From assembly GCA_009693105.1 (NCBI GenBank), contig SHXV01000001.1, forward strand, positions 1 through 61,298: a stretch of 61,298 nucleotides of DNA, in the 5' to 3' direction. The translations under genes and the position numbers were made by a program. Origin of the DNA: Dehalococcoidia bacterium (GTDB taxonomy: Bacteria; Chloroflexota; Dehalococcoidia; SHXV01). Below are positions 11,235 to 21,008 of this stretch, one piece after another. The notes beneath the pieces were generated by a model. That model saw only the letters and a program-made list of their open reading frames with translations, had not been told where the DNA came from and made no database searches. Numbering within the stretch: the first letter of the stretch is position 1; each line of letters starts with the position of its first letter.

Positions 11235-12362
11235 ATGAGGGCTTCGATTCCACTGGGCCGGGTTCTGGGTTTCCCGGTAGGGCTTAGCCCATCCTGGTTC
11301 ATCGCCTTCGCATTCGTCACCGCCCTCCTCGCCCTGCGGGTGTACCCGCTTGCCCTCCCCTTCCAGGCCTCCCATCTCTACTGGACGATGGCCGCCCTTT
11401 CCGGGCTGCTCCTCTTCGCCTCCGTCCTGGTCCATGAGCTGGCCCATAGTGTCGTCGCGCGGGCGTTCGGCATCCCCGTGCTGGGCATTCGGCTGTTCCT
11501 CCTCGGCGGCGTCTCCCAGATCACGCGCGAAGCATCGAAGGCGCGGGATGAGTTCCTCGTCGCGTTTGTCGGTCCGGCAACCAGCTTCGTGCTGGCGGGG
11601 CTGGCGCTGGGCGCGTGGGCGGCTATCGGCGCCGGGCACCGCCCGATCACCGTGGTCATGGAGTGGCTGTGGCTGATGAACGCCGGACTGGGCCTGTTCA
11701 ATCTGATGCCGGGCCTTCCCCTAGATGGCGGGCGGCTGCTGCGGGCCGTGCTCTGGGGGGTCTCCGGCAGCTACTTCTGGGCGACACGTTTGGCCGCCTG
11801 GGCGGGCCGAGCCGTGGCCTGGGGCCTCATCGGGTTGGGGCTGCTCTCTGTGCTGGGCCCGGGATACGGCCGCTGGAGGGTCGATCCGCTCAGCGGCTTA
11901 ACTTTTATCGTCATCGGGGGGTTCCTTGAAGTGGCGGCCAGAAGTGCCTGGGGGCAGGCACGGGACTTCCTGCTGCTCCGCTCTGCCCCCGTTAGCCAGG
12001 TGCTGGAACGGGATTGGCCCCGGGTGGCGCCGTGGGCGCGCCTGCGTGCTATTGAAGAAGAAGGAATACTGGCCGAGGACGGGGATCACCTGCTGGTTGT
12101 CGATGAGGGCACGGTTGTGGGCATTATCCCCGGTACGGCTGCCCTAGAATCGCTGGCCGCCCAGCCCGGGGCGCCCGCGAGCGAGGTCATGCGCCCGGCG
12201 GCCGAATTCACCGCTCTTCGCGTGGATGGGACCGCTTTCGATGCCTGGGAGCGCATGACGGCCACGGGGTGCGATCTGCTCCCTGTCGTGGACGGAAACG
12301 GACGATTCCTCGGGCTGGTGCTGCAGCAGCGTCTCCTCCGCTTTGTTGAGCAGCGGCGGTAA
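11235..12362 (+). CDS. site-2 (M50) family metalloprotease with C-terminal CBS pair
   Basis: 'HELAHSVVA' (HExxH), 'NLMPGLPLDGGR', and a C-terminal CBS-like segment. Confidence 0.85.
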   Translation: MRASIPLGRVLGFPVGLSPSWFIAFAFVTALLALRVYPLALPFQASHLYWTMAALSGLLLFASVLVHELAHSVVARAFGIPVLGIRLFLLGGVSQITREASKARDEFLVAFVGPATSFVLAGLALGAWAAIGAGHRPITVVMEWLWLMNAGLGLFNLMPGLPLDGGRLLRAVLWGVSGSYFWATRLAAWAGRAVAWGLIGLGLLSVLGPGYGRWRVDPLSGLTFIVIGGFLEVAARSAWGQARDFLLLRSAPVSQVLERDWPRVAPWARLRAIEEEGILAEDGDHLLVVDEGTVVGIIPGTAALESLAAQPGAPASEVMRPAAEFTALRVDGTAFDAWERMTATGCDLLPVVDGNGRFLGLVLQQRLLRFVEQRR

Positions 12363-12370
12363 CGCGCCGC

Positions 12371-13819
12371 ATGCCAACCGGGAGCGCCTTGCCAACGACC
12401 GCCGGTGAACGGGCTGCCCCCGTGGGCATCCGCTTACGCACCGTCGCCGCCGTTCTGGCGGGCAAGGCGGCGGGCTCGCTGGCGCGCAGGCTCGGCCGGG
12501 GCGGAGGCACGGCGCTGCCCGGCCTGCTCGCCGAGCGGATTGAGCCGCAGGTAGTGCGGCGGCTGGCGGGGCAGATACGGGGGCCCCGGGTGCTGGTTAC
12601 CGGCACCAACGGCAAGACAACCACGTCACGTCTGCTGGTCTCCATCCTGCGCGCGGCCCGCCACGATCCGATCCGCAACGGGGCGGGGTCGAACCTGATG
12701 CGTGGCATAGCGGCGACGCTGCTGCGGGAGGCGGACCTGCGCGGCGGGCTGGCCCCGGAGCGCCCCGCTGTGCTGGAGATCGATGAAGCGACGCTGCTCA
12801 TGGCCGTGGGAGAACTGCACCCGGATGTGATCGTGTTCACCAACCTGTTCCGCGATCAGCTTGACCGCTACGGGGAGATCGACGCCGTCGCCGAGGTATG
12901 GCGCACAACGCTGGGTCTCCTCCCCGCGGAGGCGACGGTGGTGCTGAACGCGGATGACCCGCTCGTCTGCGGGCTACAGGAGGGCACGCGCGCGCGTATC
13001 CTCACCTACGGCATCGACGATCCGTCCGTCGCGGGAGCGGCGGAACATGCCGCCGATTCCCGCTGGTGTCCCCGCTGCGGTCGGGATTACGCCTACGATG
13101 CGCTTTACTTCGGCCACATCGGGCTGTGGCGCTGCCCCGGCTGCGGCGATAGCCGCCCCACGCCCGATGCGACGGCGACGTCGATCGACCTTTCCGATGA
13201 CGCCGCTCGCTTCACGTTGACCCTGCCGGAGGGCAAGAGGACAATCGAGTTACCGCTGGTTGGCCTGTACAACGTGGCCAACGCCCTCGCCGCCGCCGGC
13301 GCCGCGCTGGCGATGGGGTTGGCCGGGGAGTATGTAGGGGCCGGGCTGGCGGCGGCGACGCCGGCGTTCGGCCGCCAGGAGCGGCTGAACGTGAACGGCC
13401 GGGAGGTCCGGCTCCTGCTGGGGAAGAATCCGGCGGGGCTGAACCAGGCGCTCCATACTATTGTTGCCGCGAAAGGGGAGAAGAATCTGGTATTCCTCCT
13501 CAATGATGATATCGCCGATGGCACCGACGTATCCTGGATATGGGATGTCGATTACGAGATGCTGGCCGGGCGGGCCCGAACCGTCATCGCCGGCGGGCAG
13601 CGGGCGGAAGATATGGCCTTGAGGCTGAAGTACGCCGGGCTGCCGCCCGCGCTGGTGACGCATGACATCGCGGCGGCGTTGCAGGGGGGGCTGCTCCGGT
13701 CGGGCGAGGGCGAGCCGCTCTACGTGCTGCCGACCTACACCGCCATGCTGGAGGCGCGAGAATCGCTGGGGCGCTGGGCGTCGGCGGGACACTACTGGGA
13801 GCGGGACGATGGAATATGA
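12371..13819 (+). CDS. murT: lipid II isoglutaminyl synthase, Mur-ligase-like subunit MurT
   Basis: 'VTGTNGKTTTSRL', the Cys4 ribbon 'CPRCGRDY..WRCPGCG', and a C-terminal DUF1727-like tail. It overlaps the downstream gatD. Confidence 0.88.
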   Translation: MPTGSALPTTAGERAAPVGIRLRTVAAVLAGKAAGSLARRLGRGGGTALPGLLAERIEPQVVRRLAGQIRGPRVLVTGTNGKTTTSRLLVSILRAARHDPIRNGAGSNLMRGIAATLLREADLRGGLAPERPAVLEIDEATLLMAVGELHPDVIVFTNLFRDQLDRYGEIDAVAEVWRTTLGLLPAEATVVLNADDPLVCGLQEGTRARILTYGIDDPSVAGAAEHAADSRWCPRCGRDYAYDALYFGHIGLWRCPGCGDSRPTPDATATSIDLSDDAARFTLTLPEGKRTIELPLVGLYNVANALAAAGAALAMGLAGEYVGAGLAAATPAFGRQERLNVNGREVRLLLGKNPAGLNQALHTIVAAKGEKNLVFLLNDDIADGTDVSWIWDVDYEMLAGRARTVIAGGQRAEDMALRLKYAGLPPALVTHDIAAALQGGLLRSGEGEPLYVLPTYTAMLEARESLGRWASAGHYWERDDGI

Positions 13820-14594
13820 AATCCGCATTGCCCACCTGTATCCCAACCTGATGAACATCTATGGTGACAGGGGCAACCTGCTTTGCCTGCGCTGGCGCTG
13901 CGAAGCGCGCGACATCGGCGTGAAGGTGGAGGAGATCGGCATCGGGCACTACTTCGACTCGGAGAGCTATGACCTTATCCTCATCGGTGGGGGGCAGGAC
14001 CGGGAGCAGCGCCGCATCGCCGGTGACCTCGCGGAGAAGGGGGAGCGCATTCGTGCCGCCATTGAGAGGGACACGCCGATGCTCGCCGTGTGTGGGGGCT
14101 ATCAGCTGATGGGGCGGGAGTACCGTACCGCTGCCGGCGATGTGCTCCCCGGCGTGGGCGTGTTCGACGCGGTCACGGTCCATCCGGGGGAGGACGCCCG
14201 CCGCTGCATCGGCAATGTCGTCGCGGAGTCTACGCAGGTGGATGCGCCGCTGGTCGGGTTCGAGAACCACGGTGGCCGGACGTACCTGGGTCCCGCTGCC
14301 CGGCCGCTGGCGCGGGTGACGAGGGGCAACGGCAACAATGGCGAAGACCGGACGGAAGGGGCGGTTCACCGCAACGCCTACGGCACCTACCTCCACGGCT
14401 CATTGCTGCCCAAGAATCCGCGCTTCGCGGACCGGCTGATCGCGCTGGCGTTGGAGCATCGCTACGGGGCGGACGCGCCCGCCCTTTCGCCCCTGGACGA
14501 TGCGCTGGAGCTGAGCGCGAACGTCGCGGCACGGGCGCTTTCCGGGAGGACGTGGCGCGGCCAGGCGGCCCGGGGAGGTCGATCATCCAGCTAG
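13809..14594 (+). CDS. gatD: lipid II isoglutaminyl synthase glutaminase subunit GatD (CobQ-type GATase)
   Basis: 'IAHLYPNLMNIYGDRGN', 'LAVCGGYQLMG' (catalytic Cys) and 'AYGTYLHG' (His). The start overlaps the murT end by 11 nt. Confidence 0.88.
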   Translation: MEYEIRIAHLYPNLMNIYGDRGNLLCLRWRCEARDIGVKVEEIGIGHYFDSESYDLILIGGGQDREQRRIAGDLAEKGERIRAAIERDTPMLAVCGGYQLMGREYRTAAGDVLPGVGVFDAVTVHPGEDARRCIGNVVAESTQVDAPLVGFENHGGRTYLGPAARPLARVTRGNGNNGEDRTEGAVHRNAYGTYLHGSLLPKNPRFADRLIALALEHRYGADAPALSPLDDALELSANVAARALSGRTWRGQAARGGRSSS

Positions 14595-15343
14595 GGAGAA
14601 GTCGCCGGTCCGGCGGGCTCTCGCGGGCGGGGTGGATCGCCATCGCGGCGGGCATCTTCGTGCTGTCGCTGTTGGTCCGCACCTGTGTTTCGGGAGGCGA
14701 CGGCCAGGAAGCGAGCGGCGCCCCCCCGCAGGTCGCCTCGCCTACGCCCAGCCTGACGGCAACGCCGGTGCACTTCGACGCGGTGCTCCAGCAGCTCACC
14801 GGGTTCATCTTCCCCATCAGGGGCGCCTGCATACCGGACGCGGACTCCGTCATGCCGAACGCGCCCCGCACCTATCGCAACGGCGTCCATGAGGGGGTCG
14901 ATTTCTACGATGAGCTTAGCTGCGCTACCGTGACGCGGGGGACCAATGTGATGGCTACGCGCGATGGGCTGGTTACGCGGGCGGACCGGGACTACCGGCC
15001 GCTCACCCGGGCGGAGGCGGCGAACGCGGACTCCCTGCCGGAGACGCTCGACCGTTTCCGGGGCAGGCAGGTCTGGATCGATCATGGCGCCGACGGCAGC
15101 GGGCGGCGCATCGTAACGCGCTACGCCCATCTGGATAGCATCGAGCCGGGAACGGTGGTGGGGCAGCGGGTTCGCGCCGGTCAGGTCATCGCCCATGTGG
15201 GGAACAGCGGCACACCGGAATCGCTCGATCAGCCGAATGCGGAGCTGCATCTTCACTTCGAGCTTCGCATCGGCGAGGGTTTCCTGAGCCAGGGCGATGC
15301 CCCAGACGTGGTCCGCCGCGCCTACGCGCGGTTGTTCGCCTGA
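14552..15343 (+). CDS. M23 family metallopeptidase, membrane-anchored
   Basis: TM 'WIAIAAGIFVLSLLV', 'HEGVDF', 'GNSGTPES' and 'HLHFELR'. The start is uncertain: there is no in-frame ATG, and GTG 14552 is the last canonical start before the TM segment. Confidence 0.75.
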   Translation: MARPGGPGRSIIQLGRSRRSGGLSRAGWIAIAAGIFVLSLLVRTCVSGGDGQEASGAPPQVASPTPSLTATPVHFDAVLQQLTGFIFPIRGACIPDADSVMPNAPRTYRNGVHEGVDFYDELSCATVTRGTNVMATRDGLVTRADRDYRPLTRAEAANADSLPETLDRFRGRQVWIDHGADGSGRRIVTRYAHLDSIEPGTVVGQRVRAGQVIAHVGNSGTPESLDQPNAELHLHFELRIGEGFLSQGDAPDVVRRAYARLFA

Positions 15344-15354
15344 GGTGAGGAAGC

Positions 15355-16011
15355 ATGACTGACGAAGAGACGGACGGCTCGGAAGGCTTCCCGGAGGAGC
15401 TGGACGAGCGGCCGCAGCGCCGAAGAGAGTGGTCGGGGCCGCTCCGCAGCATCGTGCTGCCGATCCTCGCCGTCGCTGCCATCGTCGGGGTCGTCTGGCT
15501 GGTGGAACGCGGCGGCGGTGGAAGCGGCGGGGCAGAGAGCGACGGCACCGGCGTTGTCGCCCGGCCTGGGGGCGCCTCCGGCCCGCCCGTGGGGCCGCGG
15601 ACGGGTAACCTGGCCCCCGACTTCCTCCTGACGACGCTGGACGGGGGGCAGTTGCGGCTGAGCGATCTGGCTGGCCGCCCCGTGTTCCTCAACTTCTGGG
15701 CGTCATGGTGCGGGCCCTGCCGAAAGGAAATGCCGGAGCTCGTGGCGGAGAGCCAGCGCCGTCGGGGCAGCGATCTGGCGATCATCGGCGTCAACGTGCA
15801 GGAGAACGCCAACCTCGCCCGCGGCTTTGTCGAGGAGTTCGGCATGGACTTCGCCACGGTGCTGGACATGCGGGGGCAGGTGGCGGCGGCGTATCGTGTT
15901 AGCGGACTTCCCAGCAGCGTTTTCATCGATCGGAACGGGGTGATCCGCGGGATATTCTTCGGTCCCCTCACGCCGGATGAGCTGCAAGGGCAGCTCGGCC
16001 GGATCTCCTAG
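15355..16011 (+). CDS. resA: TlpA/ResA-type thiol-disulfide oxidoreductase
   Basis: TM anchor plus the thioredoxin motif 'FWASWCGPCRKEMP'. It lies directly upstream of resB. Confidence 0.88.
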   Translation: MTDEETDGSEGFPEELDERPQRRREWSGPLRSIVLPILAVAAIVGVVWLVERGGGGSGGAESDGTGVVARPGGASGPPVGPRTGNLAPDFLLTTLDGGQLRLSDLAGRPVFLNFWASWCGPCRKEMPELVAESQRRRGSDLAIIGVNVQENANLARGFVEEFGMDFATVLDMRGQVAAAYRVSGLPSSVFIDRNGVIRGIFFGPLTPDELQGQLGRIS

Positions 16012-16022
16012 GCGGAGGCGTC

Positions 16023-17708
16023 ATGGCAAAAGCTGGCACGTCCGCTTCCGCGCGCGGCCGGGTCGATACCGACCTGTGGTGGGACCCGTTTCGGCTGCTC
16101 TGGCAGCTGTTTACCTCCGTTCGGTTCGCCTTCGCCCTGACGGGCGGTCTGGCGCTGGCCGGGTTGTTTGGCACGCTCATTCCTCAGGTGCCCATTCCCA
16201 TGCGCGGCAACGATGTGGCGGTGCAGGCGTGGGTGGAGTTCCAGCAGGGTAAGTTTGGGATGTTCACCGGGGCGATGGACCGGCTGGGCCTGTTCAGTGT
16301 CTTCACCAGTTGGTGGTTCCGCGCCGCCATGGGCGTGCTGGTGGTCTCCGTCACGGTGTGCACAGCCAACCGCCTGCCGCCCACCCTTCGCAACGTGTTT
16401 CGTCCCAGAGAGCGGGTGCCGGAGAACTATTTCGAGCGCGCCCGCTCCCGAACGCACGCTGCTGAGCCTCTGGACGCGGATCGACTCGCCCGCGCCCTGC
16501 GCAGGCGGCGCTACGCCGTCCGCCAGAGCGGGGAGGACGGCGCAACCTACCTCTTCGCCGATCGGTTTCCCTGGGCCGGGCTGGCCACGTTTGTCAGCCA
16601 CCTGGGGCTCATCCTGATCCTGGCGGGGGTCGTCGTGTCCCTCTTGCTGACGAGCGAAGCGCAGCTACTCATCCCGGAGGGGACGGCAAAGGTGTATGGC
16701 AAACTGGATGATCCGAATTTCATGCTGGTGCAGGTGCTGGACACGGTGGAAGGGCGCGACCCGCAGGGAAACATCATCGATTACCACACCGACCTCGCGG
16801 TCTTCCGCAACGGGCAGGAGCTGTGCCGTGGCCGCTCCACTGTGAACACCCCCTTGACCTGCGAAGGCTTTCGCTTCCACCAGAGCATGTTCAGCCCCAA
16901 CGCGGCGCGGCTCCTGGTTAAGGACGCGGCCACCGGCCGGACGCTGTACGATGAGACTCTGGTGCTGGGGGACATGCTGCCGCTGCCGAACGTCCGCGTG
17001 CGCGATGCCGTTACGGGCGAGGTCCTGTACGATGACTTCCTTCCCCTCACGGATACGCTAGAGGGGGGCCAACTGGGCGTGCTGACCCTGCCCCAGCGCG
17101 ACCTGACCCTGCTGGCGGGGGTGAAGCCGGACGACGCCAGCGGCAAGAGCTGGACGCTATTGGTGTTCCAGATCGGAGCCGCGGCTTCGGCGGGCGCCCC
17201 GGTGCAGGCGCGGATCCCGGAGGGGGGCGTCGTAACTGCGGGAGGGCTGGAGTTCGAGTTCGCCGCGCTGGGTGGGGCGCTTGCCACCGTCCTGACTGAT
17301 CTGCCGGGGGCGCGATCCGCCCTGGTCCAGATGCCGCGGGATCGCGCAGGCCGCCCCTACGTTTTGCTCGCGGGCGCCGGCGATGCCCCGGTCCTGCTCA
17401 CGGAGGGACATTCGCAGCTGATTGATGGGCGGCGGTACACGTTCGAGGGACAGCGCGATATCGCCGGGATCACGGTGAAGCGTGACCCCGGCAGTAAGAT
17501 CATCTGGATCGCCGGGGGCTTGATGTTGCTGGGATTGCTCGGTACGTTTTATCTGCCGCGGCGGCGCTTGTGGGTGCGCATTCGCCCCGATGGCACCGCC
17601 TTCGCGGGGATCGCTGAGCCCACGGTGGACTTCCGCCGGGAGATGGCGCGTATTGCCCGGGACACCGGTGGTTCGCTACCGCCCGACGAGGGCGAAGAGG
17701 AGGACTGA
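16023..17708 (+). CDS. resB: cytochrome c biogenesis protein ResB/Ccs1
   Basis: 561 aa. N-terminal 'SVRFAFALTGGLALAGLFGTLIPQ', a large soluble middle domain, and a C-terminal TM 'IIWIAGGLMLLGLLGTFYLPRRR' fit ResB topology. Confidence 0.85.
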   Translation: MAKAGTSASARGRVDTDLWWDPFRLLWQLFTSVRFAFALTGGLALAGLFGTLIPQVPIPMRGNDVAVQAWVEFQQGKFGMFTGAMDRLGLFSVFTSWWFRAAMGVLVVSVTVCTANRLPPTLRNVFRPRERVPENYFERARSRTHAAEPLDADRLARALRRRRYAVRQSGEDGATYLFADRFPWAGLATFVSHLGLILILAGVVVSLLLTSEAQLLIPEGTAKVYGKLDDPNFMLVQVLDTVEGRDPQGNIIDYHTDLAVFRNGQELCRGRSTVNTPLTCEGFRFHQSMFSPNAARLLVKDAATGRTLYDETLVLGDMLPLPNVRVRDAVTGEVLYDDFLPLTDTLEGGQLGVLTLPQRDLTLLAGVKPDDASGKSWTLLVFQIGAAASAGAPVQARIPEGGVVTAGGLEFEFAALGGALATVLTDLPGARSALVQMPRDRAGRPYVLLAGAGDAPVLLTEGHSQLIDGRRYTFEGQRDIAGITVKRDPGSKIIWIAGGLMLLGLLGTFYLPRRRLWVRIRPDGTAFAGIAEPTVDFRREMARIARDTGGSLPPDEGEEED

Positions 17709-18541
17709 TGACGCTACTCACGATCAACATCGGCATCAACCCGGAGATCATCTCGATATTCGGCCTGCTCATCAGCTGGCACGGCGTGTTCACCGCGGTT
17801 GGCATCGGCACCGGGCTGTGGCTCGCCCTGCGGCTGGCGGCGGCGCGCGGCGCCGACCCGGACGATGCCTACACGCTGGGGCTTGTGGTCGTCATCGGCG
17901 GCATCATCGGCGCACGGCTGCTCTACGTGGCGGAGAACTGGAGCCGGTTTGAGGACAATTTCGGCGGGGTCTTCGCGATCAATGAAGGGGGCATCTCTAT
18001 TTACGGCGCCGTGATCGGCGGCATCGTGACCGGCTTCGCGTTTGCCGCCTACCAGAAGAGCCGCGTGCCGCTGCTCACGATCGGGGACGCCGGGGCCGCG
18101 GGCGGCATCTTGGGCATGGCGATCGGGCGCATCGGCGACATCATCAACGGGGAACACCTTGCTGAATCGTCCGGGCTGCCCTGGGCCGTGCGCTACACCC
18201 ACGCCAACAGCCCCGCCATCGGGCTGCCGCCGCAGCACCCCGCTGTGGCGTACGAGATGCTGGGTGACCTGGCGATCCTGGGGTTGCTTCTATTGCTCTG
18301 GACGCGTGTGGGCCGTCCCGGCGTTGGCTTCTTCACCTGGGTGCTGGCGTACGGGGTGCTGCGCTTCTTCCTCAGCTTCCTACGGGAGGATAAGCTGGTG
18401 CTGGACGGGCTGCGCATGGCCCAGGTCATCGCCATCGGCGCCATCGTCGCCGGAGTGATCGGGCTGGTCTGGGTGCTGACGCACTGGGCGCCCGTCGGCT
18501 CCAGCCGGGCGGAGCGGCGGCGCGCGGCGGCCGGGCGCTGA
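17708..18541 (+). CDS. lgt: prolipoprotein diacylglyceryl transferase
   Basis: 'ISWHGVFTAVG', 'GISIYGAVIGG' and 'GRIGDIINGEH'. The start overlaps the resB stop (ATGA). Confidence 0.9.
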   Translation: MTLLTINIGINPEIISIFGLLISWHGVFTAVGIGTGLWLALRLAAARGADPDDAYTLGLVVVIGGIIGARLLYVAENWSRFEDNFGGVFAINEGGISIYGAVIGGIVTGFAFAAYQKSRVPLLTIGDAGAAGGILGMAIGRIGDIINGEHLAESSGLPWAVRYTHANSPAIGLPPQHPAVAYEMLGDLAILGLLLLLWTRVGRPGVGFFTWVLAYGVLRFFLSFLREDKLVLDGLRMAQVIAIGAIVAGVIGLVWVLTHWAPVGSSRAERRRAAAGR

Positions 18542-18801
18542 TGGCGCGCGGCATCGTGCTGTACGAGCGGCCGGGCTGCGGTCTGTGCGAGGAAGCGGCG
18601 CGGATGCTGGGCCCGCTGGCGTCGGAACTGGGCTGCACGCTTCGCCGCGTCGATATCGAAAGCGACCCGGCGCTGGAGGCGCGCTACTGGCTGGTCATCC
18701 CGGTCGTGGCGCTGGAGGACGGGCGCGAACTGGCCCGCGCCCCCATCGATGAGGCGGCGCTGGAATCTCGGCTTCGCACGGAGTCGGCCCGTGGGCCCTG
18801 A
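18541..18801 (+). CDS. glutaredoxin-like protein (DUF836 type)
   Basis: 'VLYERPGCGLCEEA' is a CxxC motif and the protein is 86 aa. The start overlaps the lgt stop. Confidence 0.8.
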   Translation: MARGIVLYERPGCGLCEEAARMLGPLASELGCTLRRVDIESDPALEARYWLVIPVVALEDGRELARAPIDEAALESRLRTESARGP

Positions 18802-18807
18802 TCCCTG

Positions 18808-18837
18808 TTGACGTGACGTAACACGTCCCCGTAGAAT
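18808..18837 (+). promoter_or_regulatory. candidate sigma-70-type promoter of the ilv-leu leader
   Basis: TTGACG (18808-18813), an 18-nt spacer, then TAGAAT (18832-18837), just upstream of the T-box leader. Confidence 0.5.
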
Positions 18838-18844
18838 TGACGCT

Positions 18845-19112
18845 AATCGCTATCGAAAAGGCAGCGAAGGGGAGCAGTACGGTTCCCATCCGCACCAGCG
18901 AGCCGGGAGCACGGTGGAAGCCCGGCGGCGGAATGAGCCCGAACTCGCCCTGGAGCCGCCGTCCTGAAATCAGTAAGGACGGCCGGGGTCGCCCGTTACA
19001 GCGGAAGAGCGGGGCTCAACGCCGTATCCGTCAATGGCTGCGGACGTTGAACCAAAAAGGGTGGCACCGCGGGGCTTTTACGTCTCGTCCCTGTGGGGGA
19101 CGGGGCGTTTTC
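18845..19112 (+). ncRNA. T-box leader riboswitch, probable Leu (CUC) specifier, with intrinsic terminator
   Basis: Stem I elements are present: AGCGA (AG bulge), distal loop GGUGGAA, and a specifier region 'GAA-CUC-G'. The T-box sequence is 'AAAAAGGGUGGCACCGCGGGG' (19054-19074). An 11-bp terminator helix spans 19081-19107, followed by UUUU. Confidence 0.8.
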
Positions 19113-19313
19113 GATCTCCGGGGTGTGTCGAAGGATGGAACGATGATGACGAGCAGGGAGCACACACCGGCCCCTGGCCAGACCCGCGCCGCAAGGCGGG
19201 CGGGTAACGCCAGCGGCCGCGCCGTAGCGGGCTGATCCGGTTCACCCGCGGGGAGGGCCTTCGGAACGCGGAGGCCCGGTGGCTACGGTAGCAGCAGATG
19301 GAGGCACACCGCC

Positions 19314-21008
19314 ATGCGTATGAGCGGCGCGGACATAGTCCTGGAATGTTTGAAGCTGGAGGGCGTCGATATCTTCTGGGGGTACCCAGGAGGCGTTGTC
19401 CTGCCCTTCTACGATCGACTTCCCTCACACCCTGAGGTGAAGCACGTCCTGGTCCGGCATGAGCAGGCGGCGGCCCACGCCGCCGATGCCTACGCGCGCG
19501 TTTCTGGCAAAGTGGGCGTGTGCCTGGCCACCTCCGGCCCCGGCGCGACCAACCTGGTCACCGGCATCACCAACGCCATGATGGACTCCGTGCCCATGGT
19601 GGTCATCACCGGCAACGTCACCCGGACGCTACTGGGCCGCGATGGCTTCCAGGAAGCCGACATCACCGGCATTACCCTGCCGATCACCAAGCACAACTAC
19701 CTGGTGATGCACGCCGCCGACCTTGCCTACACATTCAAGGAGGCGTTTTACATCGCCAACAGCGGGCGCAAGGGCCCCGTGCTGATCGATATCCCCAAGG
19801 ACGTCTTCATCGAAGAGGCGGAGTTCGAGTACCCGGACACCGTCTCCATCCGCGGCTACAAGCCCACGGAGTCGAAGGCGGTGGACGTGGCGCAGGTGAA
19901 GCGCGCCGCCCGGGTCATCGATGAGGCACAGAAGCCAGTCATCCTGGCCGGGCACGGCGTTATCCAGTCAGAGGGCGGAACGGCGGCGCTGCGCCAGTTC
20001 GCGGAGAAGGCGCAGATCCCGGTCCTCACCACCCTGCTCGGCATCGGCGGCATCAGCGAAGACCACGTGCTGTCCTACGGCTTTATGGGCATGCACGGGA
20101 TGTACTGGGCGAACATGGCGGCCGTGGAAGCCGATGTCGTCATCGGCGTGGGTATGCGCTTCGATGACCGGGCGATGGGGCGCTTCGCCGACTTCAATAC
20201 GAAAGCGAAGATCGTCCACATCGACATCGATCCGGCGGAGATCGGCAAGAACTTCGTCACCCACGCGCCCATCCTCGGCGATGTTGCCCAGGTGCTCGAC
20301 CTGCTGACGCCGGAGATCGCGCAGGCCACCCACGGGGACTGGCTACGCTGGATCGATAGCGTGCGGGAGGAGCATCCCTCCTTGAAGATGCCGGACACCA
20401 CGGAGTTGACGCCGCAGTTCGTCATCCGGGAGATATTCGAGGCGACGAAGGGCGAGGCGATCATCGTCACGGGCGTCGGTCAGCACCAGATGTGGGCCGG
20501 TCAGCACTATATGTTCCGGCACCCCCGCCGCTGGGTGTCCTCCGGTGGTCTGGGCACAATGGGCTTCGAGGTGCCGGCGGCCATGGGGGCGCAGGCGGCG
20601 CGTCCGGATCTGGAGGTGTGGTCCATCGCCGGGGACGGCGGCTTCCAGATGACGCTGCAGGAGCTGGCCACCATCGTCGATCAGAAGCAGCCGATCAAGT
20701 TTGCCATCATGAACAACGGCTTCTTGGGCATGGTTCGCCAGTGGCAGGAACTGTTCTACCGCGACAACCTGGTGGACGTCCACATCTCCCAGCCGGACTT
20801 CGTGAAGCTGGCCGATGCCTACGGCATCCGGGCGCTTCGCATCGACGACAAGACGGACGTGGCGTCCGCCATCGCGGAAGCACGGGCGCACGATGGCCCC
20901 TTCCTCCTGGACTTCCACGTGCAGGAGGCGGGCAACGTCTGGCCGATGGTGCCCGCGGGCGCGTCGCTGCTGGAAACCGTGGAGAGCGCGGATGAGGTGA
21001 AGGTGTAA
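19314..21008 (+). CDS. ilvB: acetolactate synthase large subunit (biosynthetic)
   Basis: 'GYPGGVVLPFYD', 'GPGATNLVTGI' and the ThDP motif 'GDGGFQMTLQELAT..MNNGFLGMVRQWQ'. Confidence 0.96.
   Translation: MRMSGADIVLECLKLEGVDIFWGYPGGVVLPFYDRLPSHPEVKHVLVRHEQAAAHAADAYARVSGKVGVCLATSGPGATNLVTGITNAMMDSVPMVVITGNVTRTLLGRDGFQEADITGITLPITKHNYLVMHAADLAYTFKEAFYIANSGRKGPVLIDIPKDVFIEEAEFEYPDTVSIRGYKPTESKAVDVAQVKRAARVIDEAQKPVILAGHGVIQSEGGTAALRQFAEKAQIPVLTTLLGIGGISEDHVLSYGFMGMHGMYWANMAAVEADVVIGVGMRFDDRAMGRFADFNTKAKIVHIDIDPAEIGKNFVTHAPILGDVAQVLDLLTPEIAQATHGDWLRWIDSVREEHPSLKMPDTTELTPQFVIREIFEATKGEAIIVTGVGQHQMWAGQHYMFRHPRRWVSSGGLGTMGFEVPAAMGAQAARPDLEVWSIAGDGGFQMTLQELATIVDQKQPIKFAIMNNGFLGMVRQWQELFYRDNLVDVHISQPDFVKLADAYGIRALRIDDKTDVASAIAEARAHDGPFLLDFHVQEAGNVWPMVPAGASLLETVESADEVKV

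Noticed and set aside
14090-14551. Upstream part of the 417-aa ORF containing the M23 peptidase.
   Set aside because: It overlaps gatD in another frame with Arg/Gly-rich nonsense. The peptidase's TM anchor begins only near 14630.
18837-19235. 132-aa ORF covering the ilvB leader, and the idea of a Leu/Val/Ile-rich leader peptide attenuator.
   Set aside because: The region folds as a T-box RNA. The peptide is not enriched in branched-chain residues and has no RBS.
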